Source: an uncultured Poribacteria bacterium (GTDB taxonomy: Bacteria; Poribacteria; WGA-4E; WGA-3G). Taken from it: a stretch of 64,000 nucleotides of DNA. The notes under the pieces are model-generated. The model saw only the letters and a list, made by a program, of their open reading frames with translations, did no database searches and had not been told where the DNA came from. Each line of letters starts with the position of its first letter. Position 1 is the stretch's first letter. This document shows positions 1 to 9,433 of the stretch, piece by piece. The translations under genes and the position numbers were made by a program. The DNA is taken from NCBI GenBank assembly GCA_958296135.2, contig CATQHZ020000001.1, forward strand, positions 3,200,001 to 3,264,000, read 5' to 3'.

Positions 1-5
1 ACCTC

Positions 6-1799
6 TTAAGTCGATGCATCCGAGTCATCGTCCTCATCGCGGATTACCGGCTTGCCCATCACTTTTTCGATTGCCTTGAGCAGTGCTTCCTTACGCGCGT
101 TAAAGAAACCCCAGAAATCGTTGCTACGGAGAGCGTCACCCCGGATAAGGTGGGAGGCGAGGACTTCATCCATGTCTAGACCTTCATCCATATTTGGACG
201 TGGACCTGAAAGATATTTTTGTGACTCTTTCTGTATCTCTTTCAAATACACCGAAGGAGCCTTGTCGCCTATCACTCGCCGATTCGTCCCTTTTGAAATT
301 GGGGTTTTGTTGATGATGCTATTGTAGTCATCCGCTTTGAACTCCCTTTTTTTGCACCAGGCTTTGGGGAAGATGTGGTGGATATCAATAGAATCGTCGA
401 AGAATATTTGCTCGTCAATAGATCGACCGGTACGGAAATCAAGACAGCCATTACGCATGATCAACGCGTGAACACCCTTGTATGCAGCACTCGCTTTCGT
501 CCGGAGCGTTTCCAAACGATGTGTTTGAAATGTTGCTTCCTGAATCATCGTAGGTTCAACAGCTTTGCCGTTTACCCAGTTTGTCACCTCCGAAAGATCG
601 TTAGCAAATCGAAGATCTGCGGAAGTGCCGTAAAGTTCACCCAATACGCCACACCAGTACCAGCGTGTAAGAAATTTCTCACGAACCTTTCTGAGCTGGG
701 CTACGCACCCAAGGTTCACCAGAATCGCTGTGAGCGGAACTAATTGAGCAGGATATGGCAGGCTGGCAGCGTCAAAAATTTTCTGCTCTTGCAGAAAGCG
801 GGCTGCTTCCTTAAACCCTTCTTCAACCCTGTCGGCCCAGTCTTTGTAGTCGGCCACCCCGAGTCCCAATATATCGCTATTTTTGCAACTAATGGCCATC
901 CTCGCCTTTGAATTGGTAACTAGGAGTGCAATGACCTTTAGAAAATTGACGTTCTTAAGGTCTGCGAGAACCGGATACTCACCCAAACGCTCTGCCCTAG
1001 TTTCCCAGTCCTCGCGGAGTAGAAAATCATCAGCCGCGAAGGTGGCGGTGAGTAACTCAAAAACGGTGAGTGGCTCTCCGCCTGTGTTGACTCTCTCAAA
1101 GACGTTGCAGACTGCTTCCTTCGGAGTTTGTTTATCAAGAATGATAACCGGGACATTGTAATCCTTGAAAACGTCAATGACTTTAATCTCGAAATTGTCC
1201 CACAACTCCATTTTGGCGGAATCACGGTCCCAATAATTGTTGTATCCTCTTCTCCACCTCGTATAGTCAAAGACTTTGTGGAGAGGAAACATTCCGCGCT
1301 TGTATTCTTTCTCGCGCGAAGATAAATCCATAGCTTGATCTCCGCGAAACTTCCTTACAATTTTGGTATCAGCTGGAACTGAAATGATGGATTCATCAAC
1401 CTTATCATCCACACACTTCTCCATGTCCATATAATACCAACGTTCAACGCGATTACCTCTCACATTTGTCGTCTGCACTGGTTTCTGAGCCACCAGAGAC
1501 TGAAACAGCGAGGTCAAGCGTTGTTGGCCGTCAAGAATTAGGGTTTCAGGTGCCCCCTGCGCTGATTGAGGATCAACCCCTTCAATAGGACGCACCTTGA
1601 ATCGGATATCCTCTCCGCCATTCTTCAGTGTCATTATCGCCCCTATTGGAAAGGCCTGCGATACACTAGCAATCAGACTTTGGATACGCTCGTGATCCCA
1701 TCTCCAGTCGCGCTGGAAGTCCGGAAGTTGGATTTTGCCTTCTCTGATTTCCCCAAGTAAATCCTTGAGGGATTTCTTGGTACTATCAAAGGTGCTCAT
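6..1799 (-). CDS. GmrSD-like (DUF262 + DUF1524 HNH) restriction/defence protein
   Basis: LPDFQRDWRW and LDGQQRLTS motifs, FERVNTGG, C-terminal DIHHIFP...N HNH-like motif; GGAG RBS before ATG at 1799. Confidence 0.85.
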   Translation of the reverse strand: MSTFDSTKKSLKDLLGEIREGKIQLPDFQRDWRWDHERIQSLIASVSQAFPIGAIMTLKNGGEDIRFKVRPIEGVDPQSAQGAPETLILDGQQRLTSLFQSLVAQKPVQTTNVRGNRVERWYYMDMEKCVDDKVDESIISVPADTKIVRKFRGDQAMDLSSREKEYKRGMFPLHKVFDYTRWRRGYNNYWDRDSAKMELWDNFEIKVIDVFKDYNVPVIILDKQTPKEAVCNVFERVNTGGEPLTVFELLTATFAADDFLLREDWETRAERLGEYPVLADLKNVNFLKVIALLVTNSKARMAISCKNSDILGLGVADYKDWADRVEEGFKEAARFLQEQKIFDAASLPYPAQLVPLTAILVNLGCVAQLRKVREKFLTRWYWCGVLGELYGTSADLRFANDLSEVTNWVNGKAVEPTMIQEATFQTHRLETLRTKASAAYKGVHALIMRNGCLDFRTGRSIDEQIFFDDSIDIHHIFPKAWCKKREFKADDYNSIINKTPISKGTNRRVIGDKAPSVYLKEIQKESQKYLSGPRPNMDEGLDMDEVLASHLIRGDALRSNDFWGFFNARKEALLKAIEKVMGKPVIRDEDDDSDAST

Positions 1800-1900
1800 A
1801 TTTGGATCTCCTATCAATAACAATTTATGCAAATTGAGAAAGCATCGCGATACCGTAGGCGGGACTCAGCAGAAATCCCGCCTTCAGATAAATCGCTATG

Positions 1901-3094
1901 CTAACTCACCTCACGCTGATAATACGCCATCAGAATCTCGGCCACTTCGGGCCGGGCGATTTCGGGGGGCAACGGGTCCCCCGCGGCGAGAATCTCACGC
2001 TGTTTTGTGCCAGAGATCGAGAAGTAATCATCGCCGCCATGCGGGCAGTCGCGCATCATCACAATCTCTTCGCACTTGCGGCACCACACCGTGAAATCGC
2101 CGCGGAAAATCTCGATTTCCAATGCATCCGCGGGTATCTCATCGAAGATGGCTTGCGCGTCAAACGGGCCGTAATAGTCACCTGCACCGGCGTGGTCCCG
2201 GCCGACGATGAAATGGGTGCAGCCGCAATTCTGACGGAAAACGGCGTGGAGCAGTGCCTCCCGCGGTCCGGCGTAGAGCATGTCGAACCCGTAACCCGTG
2301 ATGGACACCGTGTTTTCAGGGAAGTAGTGTTTCACCATGGCACGGATGGAAGCATCGCGAACGGCGGCGGGGATATCGCCCGGCTGGAGTTTGCCGAGCA
2401 GCATGTGGATGAGAATTCCATCTGCGTTAACCTCGCGCTGCGCGATTTTACAGAGTTCTTCGTGCGCGCGGTGCATGGGGTTGCGCGTCTGAAAAGCGAC
2501 GATTTTGTGCCAGCCGCGTGCCGCGATATCCTCGCGAATTTCCACCGCGGTGCGGAACGTTTCTGGGAAATCTGTCCGGAAATAGGAGTAGTTCAGCACT
2601 TGAATCGGGCCGGAGAGAAGATTATATCCGACATTCTCGAACGCTGGGACACCGGGATGCTCCATGTCATCTGTCCCGAACGTTTTCTCAATGATAAAAT
2701 TCTTCTGCTTCCACCTGAATGTCTCGATTGCCGAAACCTCCATCACCGCGATGGGCGGATGTCCCTTGACGTTCGGGTCGCGCAGTGCAACGCGGTCTGC
2801 GCTTTTCACTGCATCCGTGAGTTGCTCGTCTGGGACGAGGTTCATCACCGGTACTGGCCAGAAGAGCCCGTTCGGCAGCTTCATCTCGGCGGCGACGCTT
2901 GTCGCTTCGGCGATGTTCATGTAGCCCGTGAGCGGCGTAAAGTAACCTGACCCGAGCATAACGGCCGATGCGGCAGCACCGGAGGAAACGAGAACGGATG
3001 GCAGGGTTTCCGCCTCTTTCGTCAGTTCCGCGCGTTGCGCGTCGTCTGCAACGTAGAGCGGTGTTAAGGTTTCGGCTCCATGTGGTTTAATCAT
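1901..3094 (-). CDS. sat: sulfate adenylyltransferase (ATP sulfurylase)
   Basis: FQTRNPMHRAHE, YAGPREA, VGRDHAG and ISGT motifs; AGGAG RBS. Confidence 0.95.
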   Translation of the reverse strand: MIKPHGAETLTPLYVADDAQRAELTKEAETLPSVLVSSGAAASAVMLGSGYFTPLTGYMNIAEATSVAAEMKLPNGLFWPVPVMNLVPDEQLTDAVKSADRVALRDPNVKGHPPIAVMEVSAIETFRWKQKNFIIEKTFGTDDMEHPGVPAFENVGYNLLSGPIQVLNYSYFRTDFPETFRTAVEIREDIAARGWHKIVAFQTRNPMHRAHEELCKIAQREVNADGILIHMLLGKLQPGDIPAAVRDASIRAMVKHYFPENTVSITGYGFDMLYAGPREALLHAVFRQNCGCTHFIVGRDHAGAGDYYGPFDAQAIFDEIPADALEIEIFRGDFTVWCRKCEEIVMMRDCPHGGDDYFSISGTKQREILAAGDPLPPEIARPEVAEILMAYYQREVS

Positions 3095-3268
3095 TCATTT
3101 CTCCTTTTCAGGATTTATCAAAGGTTCCATTTTCGGTAGGCGTGCGTTGTAAGCGCGCCCCTGAAGAGTCAAGAGATAATGGGTTCATTTTGGCGGACAG
3201 GCGGAAACCATAGAAATCCGCCGTTACAAAAACTTCATCAAACCGCGCCTACTGGGTTCGGTAAAACG

Positions 3269-5419
3269 TCATTCCGAGGTGACTTGGGAGACTGTGCAGG
3301 TGTTCCAAATCCAGAAATGATTTTTGGTTGCCCAGTCATCATCAAGACGCACCCGTTTTTGGGGTGTGGAAATCACCTGGGTGAGGTACCCATCAGTTAC
3401 CGTCACCCGATAGGAATGCTGAATAGCGTCGTCATTTCCGGACACAGTGAGTTTTTTCAGGACTCGCGTTCCGTTCGCCCATAGGCTGAGGGTATGCGTT
3501 GCACCTTCTGATGCACAGAAGGTGTTGGTGACGCTATAGGTTCCGTTGGGAAGATCGATTTTGAAGGCCGCTTCCTCGCTGCTCCAAACAGCATCTTGGA
3601 CAGACTTCTCTCCCTCTGGCGAAGTGGGCAGTGCCTCACCGCTCCCTCCTTCTTTAGTGAACAAAGGATATTCACGGACAGCATAATTGCTTTTCCTCAG
3701 ACGATGTGCTTCGTGCGGGGCGCGCGTATCCCATCCGAATTTGCCACTGACGTAGGCTGTATTCGGGCCGATAGCGTGATAACCCCCCGCGGTTTCGGCA
3801 CCCTTCGGTTGCATATCAAAGCGGATGATGAGGTTACCTCCCTCCATCTTATCCCATAAATCAAGCTGTGGCTTATCGGCACGCTTCTTTCGGAAAAGTT
3901 GGAGGTATTTCGTCTCATGGATAATCTCATAATCTTTCGCTGTCAGTTCTGCTTCTGCCCCCGGGTCGTACCAGGCGACAACGTAATCTACCTGCACATC
4001 TTCCCTCGCGGTGTTGCGATTGACCGGAAAGTAATAGTAAGCGGATTCGTAGTTTGCGAGATGGACTACGTCATCAACATATACGCCATAAAACGCAGTA
4101 GAATGCACAAACGGCGTGACGTATTCGATCCGGCCCAATGCATCCGATTTGTGCCAGCCATCCTCGCCGGCCCGGATCTCAAACACTGTGTGCGGTTCTA
4201 TGAGATGCGTGCCGGATACTAATTCTTCAATCTCTGGTGCGATGCGTCCGTGGTCGTACGCAGTTCTGCCGCAGTGGAGCAAACAGAAGGCGATGAGACA
4301 CGTCGTGATGGCGTATCTCAGGATTTTGTTGACGTTTGTGATCAACCACGGTGCGAGCATCAGCAGGATGTAAATATGAATCCGGTCATTGATCCAACCG
4401 CCGGGGCCGTAACTCCACGGTGCCCTGATGAACATCGCGGTGAACAGCAGAGCGATTAGCAGGAACGCATCGTTCTGTTTTACCCATTCCTTGCGGCGGA
4501 TGCGGTAAACGATAGAGATAACAGTGGCCGCTCCTAACACGATGAGCAGCCCTTGGTTGACAGGGACGTGCCAATCAGTGAAATAGACGATGGACTTGAT
4601 GCCCAAAAAGTAGTCCCAAATCCACTCCATGCCGCGATGGTTTCCTGTCGGATGCTCCTTGAGGCTGAATAGGTAGTAGTCGATTAGCACAAAATACATC
4701 GGCACCATGTAGAGCCCGAAGCGGACGAGGGGTTTGAGGCTATGCCAGAGTTGTCGTATCCATTCGGCGTTTCGTTCGCGCCAAGTCGTCGCTAACGCGT
4801 TGCCGCCCCACAGACAGCCAGCGGCGATGGACATCGCCAGCACGACGAGCCCATAGGAGGCGATGTGCGACAGATATGTCAACAGCAATAGGACATAAAG
4901 TCCGGCCAGGTGCTGCACCTGCATATCGTCTTTATGCTTCCACCAGAGCCCGAAACTGAAGAAGAAAAACGCGATGCTCAGCGTGAAGTTGTAAAACCCC
5001 ATGTAGAGGAGGTAGTTGTAGGCGAATGGGAAACCGAGCCAGCCGAACATGTGCCAATTCCCGCCTTCTTCCTTCGGTTTTCCATGAACAGCGTGCAGGA
5101 AATAGAAGAACGCAATCGGTATCATCCCAATCGCTATCGTCAGGAAGACCTTTTCCGCGATGACCGGCGGACACACGTAGAGCAACCCCAGCAGCAAAAT
5201 ATGCGACAGCCAGTTCGGAAAGATGGTGATGTTGAGTTTCCACGCGTCGCGCATCTTATAGTTTTCGGGTTTCGCATATTCCTTCAGGACCAGGCCGTTG
5301 TAGACGTGGCTCGCTCCGTCTTGCGAGGGAAAATAGGCGAAAATCCAGATGGGGATGAGGTGTAATACCAGCAACGCCACAAAGAGATGTTTCCATGTCC
5401 AGTTTTTCCAATTCAACAC
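3269..5419 (-). CDS. polytopic membrane protein (GT-C-like) with C-terminal beta-sandwich/carbohydrate-binding-like domain
   Basis: Many TM segments, PSQDGASH loop, FKIDLPNGTYSV; GGAGG RBS before GTG at 5419. The upstream in-frame codons of the called 773-aa ORF belong to the RuvC N-fragment. Confidence 0.65.
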   Translation of the reverse strand: MLNWKNWTWKHLFVALLVLHLIPIWIFAYFPSQDGASHVYNGLVLKEYAKPENYKMRDAWKLNITIFPNWLSHILLLGLLYVCPPVIAEKVFLTIAIGMIPIAFFYFLHAVHGKPKEEGGNWHMFGWLGFPFAYNYLLYMGFYNFTLSIAFFFFSFGLWWKHKDDMQVQHLAGLYVLLLLTYLSHIASYGLVVLAMSIAAGCLWGGNALATTWRERNAEWIRQLWHSLKPLVRFGLYMVPMYFVLIDYYLFSLKEHPTGNHRGMEWIWDYFLGIKSIVYFTDWHVPVNQGLLIVLGAATVISIVYRIRRKEWVKQNDAFLLIALLFTAMFIRAPWSYGPGGWINDRIHIYILLMLAPWLITNVNKILRYAITTCLIAFCLLHCGRTAYDHGRIAPEIEELVSGTHLIEPHTVFEIRAGEDGWHKSDALGRIEYVTPFVHSTAFYGVYVDDVVHLANYESAYYYFPVNRNTAREDVQVDYVVAWYDPGAEAELTAKDYEIIHETKYLQLFRKKRADKPQLDLWDKMEGGNLIIRFDMQPKGAETAGGYHAIGPNTAYVSGKFGWDTRAPHEAHRLRKSNYAVREYPLFTKEGGSGEALPTSPEGEKSVQDAVWSSEEAAFKIDLPNGTYSVTNTFCASEGATHTLSLWANGTRVLKKLTVSGNDDAIQHSYRVTVTDGYLTQVISTPQKRVRLDDDWATKNHFWIWNTCTVSQVTSE

Positions 5420-5458
5420 GTTTTCCCTCCTTGTAAAGCAGTCGTAGATGTTCACCCC

Positions 5459-5557
5459 GTAATCCAGCCTAGGCTGGTAGACTGTCATCAAGACTACTCC
5501 ACAATTCTTAATACCCGAATCGACACTCAGAATTGTCACGTCTTTCTGAATTGTCAT
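5459..5557 (-). pseudogene. N-terminal 33 codons of a RuvC-family nuclease
   Basis: MTIQKDVTILSVDSGIKNCGVVLMTVYQPRLDY, matching the RuvC ILxxDxG motif; AGGAGAG RBS before ATG. Confidence 0.75.
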
Positions 5558-5685
5558 CTCTCCTGCGTTAGTAGTGGGAACACTTCCCACTTGTTAGTTA
5601 GGTTGGGCGGGACATCCGCCTCCTACCCCCAAAGCCCTCCCACACATCCGCGTGTAGGAGGGCTAATTGGGAGTATTCGGTTAGG

Positions 5686-6384
5686 TTACGGCTTGTCATT
5701 TGCCAAGCGTCGCTGAATCATCACCTTCAACATCCAATTGTCGGTTACCCAATATGTCTGAGGGTAATGCAATTTGTCGATAATATTACGCAACATCTCA
5801 AGCCATTGGTTTGTTCCGTAACGCTCAGGATCCTTCACAGGTATTCCACGATAGAGTTCCTTAAGTGCAATTAGGGCAAGTTCGGATTCAGTCATTGCAA
5901 TAATCGATAGACTGAAGTTATCGACAAGCACCACACCTATGTCTTGATCTTCGATAACACGCTTGATGTAAAGTTCCAGACCGCCCTTCATTTCATCTAA
6001 TAATGCCTTTTCACTGATACGACGATTGCCGAGAATTTTGTTGCGTTGTTCTCGTGTTATGGACTTGATGCTTTGTATGTAAGCATCAACCCAAAATTCA
6101 CGTTCGTCTTCAAAAACCATCTCAGTTTTCTTCAAAAGCAAGTGTTTTTTATCAGCGAGTCTATCGATAGATTCTTTAAATGGTCTAACACTCTCGGCAT
6201 AGTTAAAAACCAGAGGATCTCTGTAGATTGTCTCAATTCGATGTTTGACTAATTCTTGCACTGCATCAACCATCGCGGCTTTCGCTTCCGCCTTGATGCT
6301 TTCGACATCCTCTTCCGCTGCCAACACGTCCCCGACCAGTAGTGAAACTGCGACGAGTAAGATGGCAAATAAAACCCTTTTCAT
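5686..6384 (-). CDS. secreted hypothetical helical protein (cargo of insert)
   Basis: 232 aa, signal peptide MKRVLFAILLVAVSLLVGDVLA, AAGGAG RBS. Confidence 0.75.
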   Translation of the reverse strand: MKRVLFAILLVAVSLLVGDVLAAEEDVESIKAEAKAAMVDAVQELVKHRIETIYRDPLVFNYAESVRPFKESIDRLADKKHLLLKKTEMVFEDEREFWVDAYIQSIKSITREQRNKILGNRRISEKALLDEMKGGLELYIKRVIEDQDIGVVLVDNFSLSIIAMTESELALIALKELYRGIPVKDPERYGTNQWLEMLRNIIDKLHYPQTYWVTDNWMLKVMIQRRLANDKP

Positions 6385-6462
6385 TTCAAAGAACTCCTTG
6401 TGGGAACTTTTCCGACTAGTTTGTAGGGCGGGACACGTATGCCCCGCCGTGCGACTACCCCG

Positions 6463-7020
6463 TTACTCATCGAAGAGTTCGGGGGAGCTATCGGACTTCA
6501 ACCAATCTAGTTGCGTCCCTTGTTTATGCCAAGTCGTCTGTCGACGTAGGGTTAGAACCTCGAAGACAAACCTTGACTTTTGACTAATCACGGGGTGCAA
6601 GCGTTCAAGCGGTATGTGCCGCTTGTGTTGCAGAACCTCCGAAGCGTAAAATCCGACATAGGCAGTCGCCGCCGCGTCCGTGATATGGTGAGTGTTATCC
6701 GTAAACTGAGTCAACGCATATACGGCGATGGCGACTTCAACCTTACTTGCATTTGGGTTTGATGTCAGCAACCGCTTTGTAAGTTTAGCTGGCACAAAGA
6801 GTGCAGAGATTTTCAAATCCTCTGCCATCTCTGCCAAACCTAGTGACAGATGTCCCATCGAATCGTTGGGGAGGACGTTGCCTTTGACAGGCAGACGACC
6901 CTCGATGCACATTCCTCCGATGTTGAGATCACGATATACCTCCAACTCACCTTTGTAGTTGGTGATGCGCCGGATCCTGACTTGTGTGGCATCGGGCGAT
7001 TCCGAACGACGAAGGTGAAT
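6463..7020 (-). pseudogene. C-terminal 185 codons of a RuvC-family nuclease
   Basis: Open frame from just after the nth stop; CIEG, PAKLTKRLLTSNPNASKVEV and HITDAAATA match RuvC motifs; lacks the first catalytic Asp. Confidence 0.8.
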
Positions 7021-7026
7021 GTAGTC

Positions 7027-7698
7027 TTATCCGATGCCTGTCTCCTCGGCGAAATAGAGGCAATGCGCTGTCAGCGGGCATTTTTCGCACAACGGCTTCC
7101 GCGCGTTGCAAATCTGCCTGCCGAAGTAGATAAGGTTCATGTGAAACGGGTACGCCTTTCCTTCCGGTACGATGGGTGGCAGCACTTGATGCGCTTTCTC
7201 CGCGCTACAATTCTGCGGGATGAAGCCGAGACGTTTGGAAATCCGCAGAATGTGCGTATCCACGGGGAAAACTTCTCTGCCGCACGCGAAGGAGAGCACC
7301 ACCGAGGCGGTTTTGATGCCGATGCCTTTGTGTTGACACAGCAATGCTAACGCCGCTTCGGTTTCCATGTCGTGGATAAACGCCAGGGATAAATCGCCGT
7401 GTTCTTCCTTCAGCCACGCGAGGAAGTTTTTAATGGTGCGGCTTTTCTGTTTCGAGAGCCCCGCGATGCGGATTGCATCGATGATGTCCGATTCATCGGC
7501 ATGCAACACAGCCTCCCACGTTGGAAAATGTTCACGGAGGCGCGCGTAGCCTTTGTCGCGGCTGACATCTGTCGTGTTTTGCGACAACACCGTTAAGATG
7601 AGGCTATCGAGGACGTTTTCAGGGCCGCCCCGTGTCGGCACGCCGAGCAACGCCTCTAGCGCATCGGATATGATTGCGGCTTTTTGCTTCAATTCCAA
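7027..7698 (-). CDS. nth: endonuclease III / HhH-GPD glycosylase
   Basis: LSQNTTD, KGIGIKTA HhH, PVDTH, C-x6-C-x2-C-x5-C Fe-S motif. Confidence 0.9.
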   Translation of the reverse strand: MELKQKAAIISDALEALLGVPTRGGPENVLDSLILTVLSQNTTDVSRDKGYARLREHFPTWEAVLHADESDIIDAIRIAGLSKQKSRTIKNFLAWLKEEHGDLSLAFIHDMETEAALALLCQHKGIGIKTASVVLSFACGREVFPVDTHILRISKRLGFIPQNCSAEKAHQVLPPIVPEGKAYPFHMNLIYFGRQICNARKPLCEKCPLTAHCLYFAEETGIG

Positions 7699-7877
7699 TT
7701 TGTTTTCTTCCCGTAATATGATTTAGAAATAGTATAGCATGAATTAGGAAAATTGTGCAAAAAAAACGTTATGAAGATTCAGAAAAGAAACGGGTTATTT
7801 TTAGGGATGGGCGGAAACTATAGAAATCTGCGCGTGCACATTTTTCAAAGATTGTCCGATTTCATTATGTTGGCACG

Positions 7878-9338
7878 TCAAAAACTAAGCGGCAACGTGC
7901 GCAGGAGCGGCTTCCCCGTATAGGGGTTAATCATATCCGGTAGCCGCGGTATCTTCTCCTGAAATCGGCTCTCAACCGAATAGAGTTGGACGCGCGGGAA
8001 CACGTGGTTGCCTATCTGCACCGTGCCGAGTTTCGCCGTTTCGTTCTGCGCTGCCGGTGAAGTGACATCCTCCAGCGTCACATAGATACCCATCACGGCG
8101 TTTTCACGTTGCACGACATGCAGGAAATCGCGCAGCTGACTCAGCGAGAATTTCCCACTCTTTACCTGAGCGAGGACGACCTTGGTATAGTCCCCATCCG
8201 GTGTTTCCAGCGTATTCCCGATGCCATCGATGCCGCCATCTGCGCCGCCGCGCTCGTTCGGCGCGAGGCCGGGGATGAGGTTAATCGCCCATATCTCAAA
8301 GTGTCGGCGGTTCTCACGAGCAAGCCGCGTCGCGCTGGCCAGATCAGCTGGCACGCCGTAGGTTGGGATGTTCCGGCCGGGAAATCGCTGAGTTTTGATG
8401 ACATCCAGCGCGGACGGATTGATGTCAATACCAATCCATTTGCGGTTGAGGGTATCGGCGGCGACGACAGTAGTCCCGCAGCCACAGAACGGGTCCAGCA
8501 CAATATCGCCTTCGTTTGACGATGCTCTGATAATACGCTCAAGAAGCGCGAGCGGTTTCTGTGTGCCATAACCGAGCCGCTCCTTAGACTGCGTCTGACC
8601 GAGGGAGTGAATATCGTTCCACCAACTCGGAATTGCGCGCCCTGGGGATTCATCAAGGTAACTTCTGCCGCCGGGATATTCTTTGTAGGCTCTCCCCGCT
8701 TCATCTACCTTGTTGAACTTTTTCACCGCCGCTGCTGTCAACGCGGTGTAGGGCCGGTGAAACACCGCTTCTTTTTCGGACATGCCGTAGAACAAGATGA
8801 TGTCATGCTTGCGATGGAAGCCGAACTTGGGCCCCTGTCCGCCGGGGGGATAACACCACACAATTTCATTCCTGAAATTCTTTGTCCCGAATATTCCATC
8901 CATCAGCAGCTTGAGATAGTGGCTTGCTGTCGCATCGCAGTGGAGATAGATGCTGCCAGTGGGTTTGAGAACGCGATGGATTTCCAGCAACCGGAGTGCC
9001 ATGTAACTGACATAAGCCATCATCCCACAGTCGCCGAGAATCTGGTGCAACCCACCGATGACTTTGTGAATTGGCGAGGCAACCATGCCGGTGAGTTCAT
9101 CGACACGCGCCTGCGCATCGGGGCTCCAGTGCCACGTATCGTCAAACGCTTTGAGTGAGGCGGCCCGGGTGCCCTTGTTGGGTCCCTCTTCAATCGCGTA
9201 AAGTTGGTTATATTTCTGCTTGGAATTGAACGGCGGATCGCCGTAGACGATGTCCACCCAATTGTCGGGCCATTGGCGGAGAATGTGTAGGTTATCTCCG
9301 TAGTGGAGGCTGTTCAGTTCCGGAATTGTTAAGTGCAT
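7878..9338 (-). CDS. amino-DNA methyltransferase fused to Mrr-like PD-(D/E)xK endonuclease
   Basis: DPPF, TQKP, DPFCGCGTT; C-terminal DGGIDG...AQVK. Confidence 0.85.
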   Translation of the reverse strand: MHLTIPELNSLHYGDNLHILRQWPDNWVDIVYGDPPFNSKQKYNQLYAIEEGPNKGTRAASLKAFDDTWHWSPDAQARVDELTGMVASPIHKVIGGLHQILGDCGMMAYVSYMALRLLEIHRVLKPTGSIYLHCDATASHYLKLLMDGIFGTKNFRNEIVWCYPPGGQGPKFGFHRKHDIILFYGMSEKEAVFHRPYTALTAAAVKKFNKVDEAGRAYKEYPGGRSYLDESPGRAIPSWWNDIHSLGQTQSKERLGYGTQKPLALLERIIRASSNEGDIVLDPFCGCGTTVVAADTLNRKWIGIDINPSALDVIKTQRFPGRNIPTYGVPADLASATRLARENRRHFEIWAINLIPGLAPNERGGADGGIDGIGNTLETPDGDYTKVVLAQVKSGKFSLSQLRDFLHVVQRENAVMGIYVTLEDVTSPAAQNETAKLGTVQIGNHVFPRVQLYSVESRFQEKIPRLPDMINPYTGKPLLRTLPLSF

Positions 9339-9433
9339 TTCGTTAAACCAGAGATTGGACGTTGATATCGCTTTTCCCCTGATGATGAAGGGGCGCGAGG
9401 ACTGCAGAGTCGTTCCCCGGCATCGGGCCGGAG

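Larger units (their letters stand above)
5459..7026. mobile_element. putative integrated ~1.56-kb circle with split ruvC-like gene and one cargo gene
   Basis: RuvC halves in permuted order at the two ends; imperfect direct repeat GTAATC (5459-5464) / GTAGTC (7021-7026); visibly more AT-rich than flanks. Confidence 0.75.

Noticed and set aside
1898-2950. 350-aa plus-strand ORF and many similar antisense ORFs
   Set aside because: Shadow frames of well-supported genes on the opposite strand
5420-5590. N-terminus of the called 773-aa ORF as a native part of the membrane protein
   Set aside because: It is the RuvC N-fragment plus junction sequence; the host gene has its own RBS and GTG at 5419
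6463-6945. Stand-alone 160-aa gene starting at TTG
   Set aside because: Lacks the first RuvC catalytic strand, and the frame extends upstream to the junction at 7020
5459-7026. Integron cassette, IS110 element or prophage remnant
   Set aside because: No attC-like RYYYAAC/GTTRRRY pair at the ends, no IS110 C-terminal Tnp domain, and no integrase or phage genes
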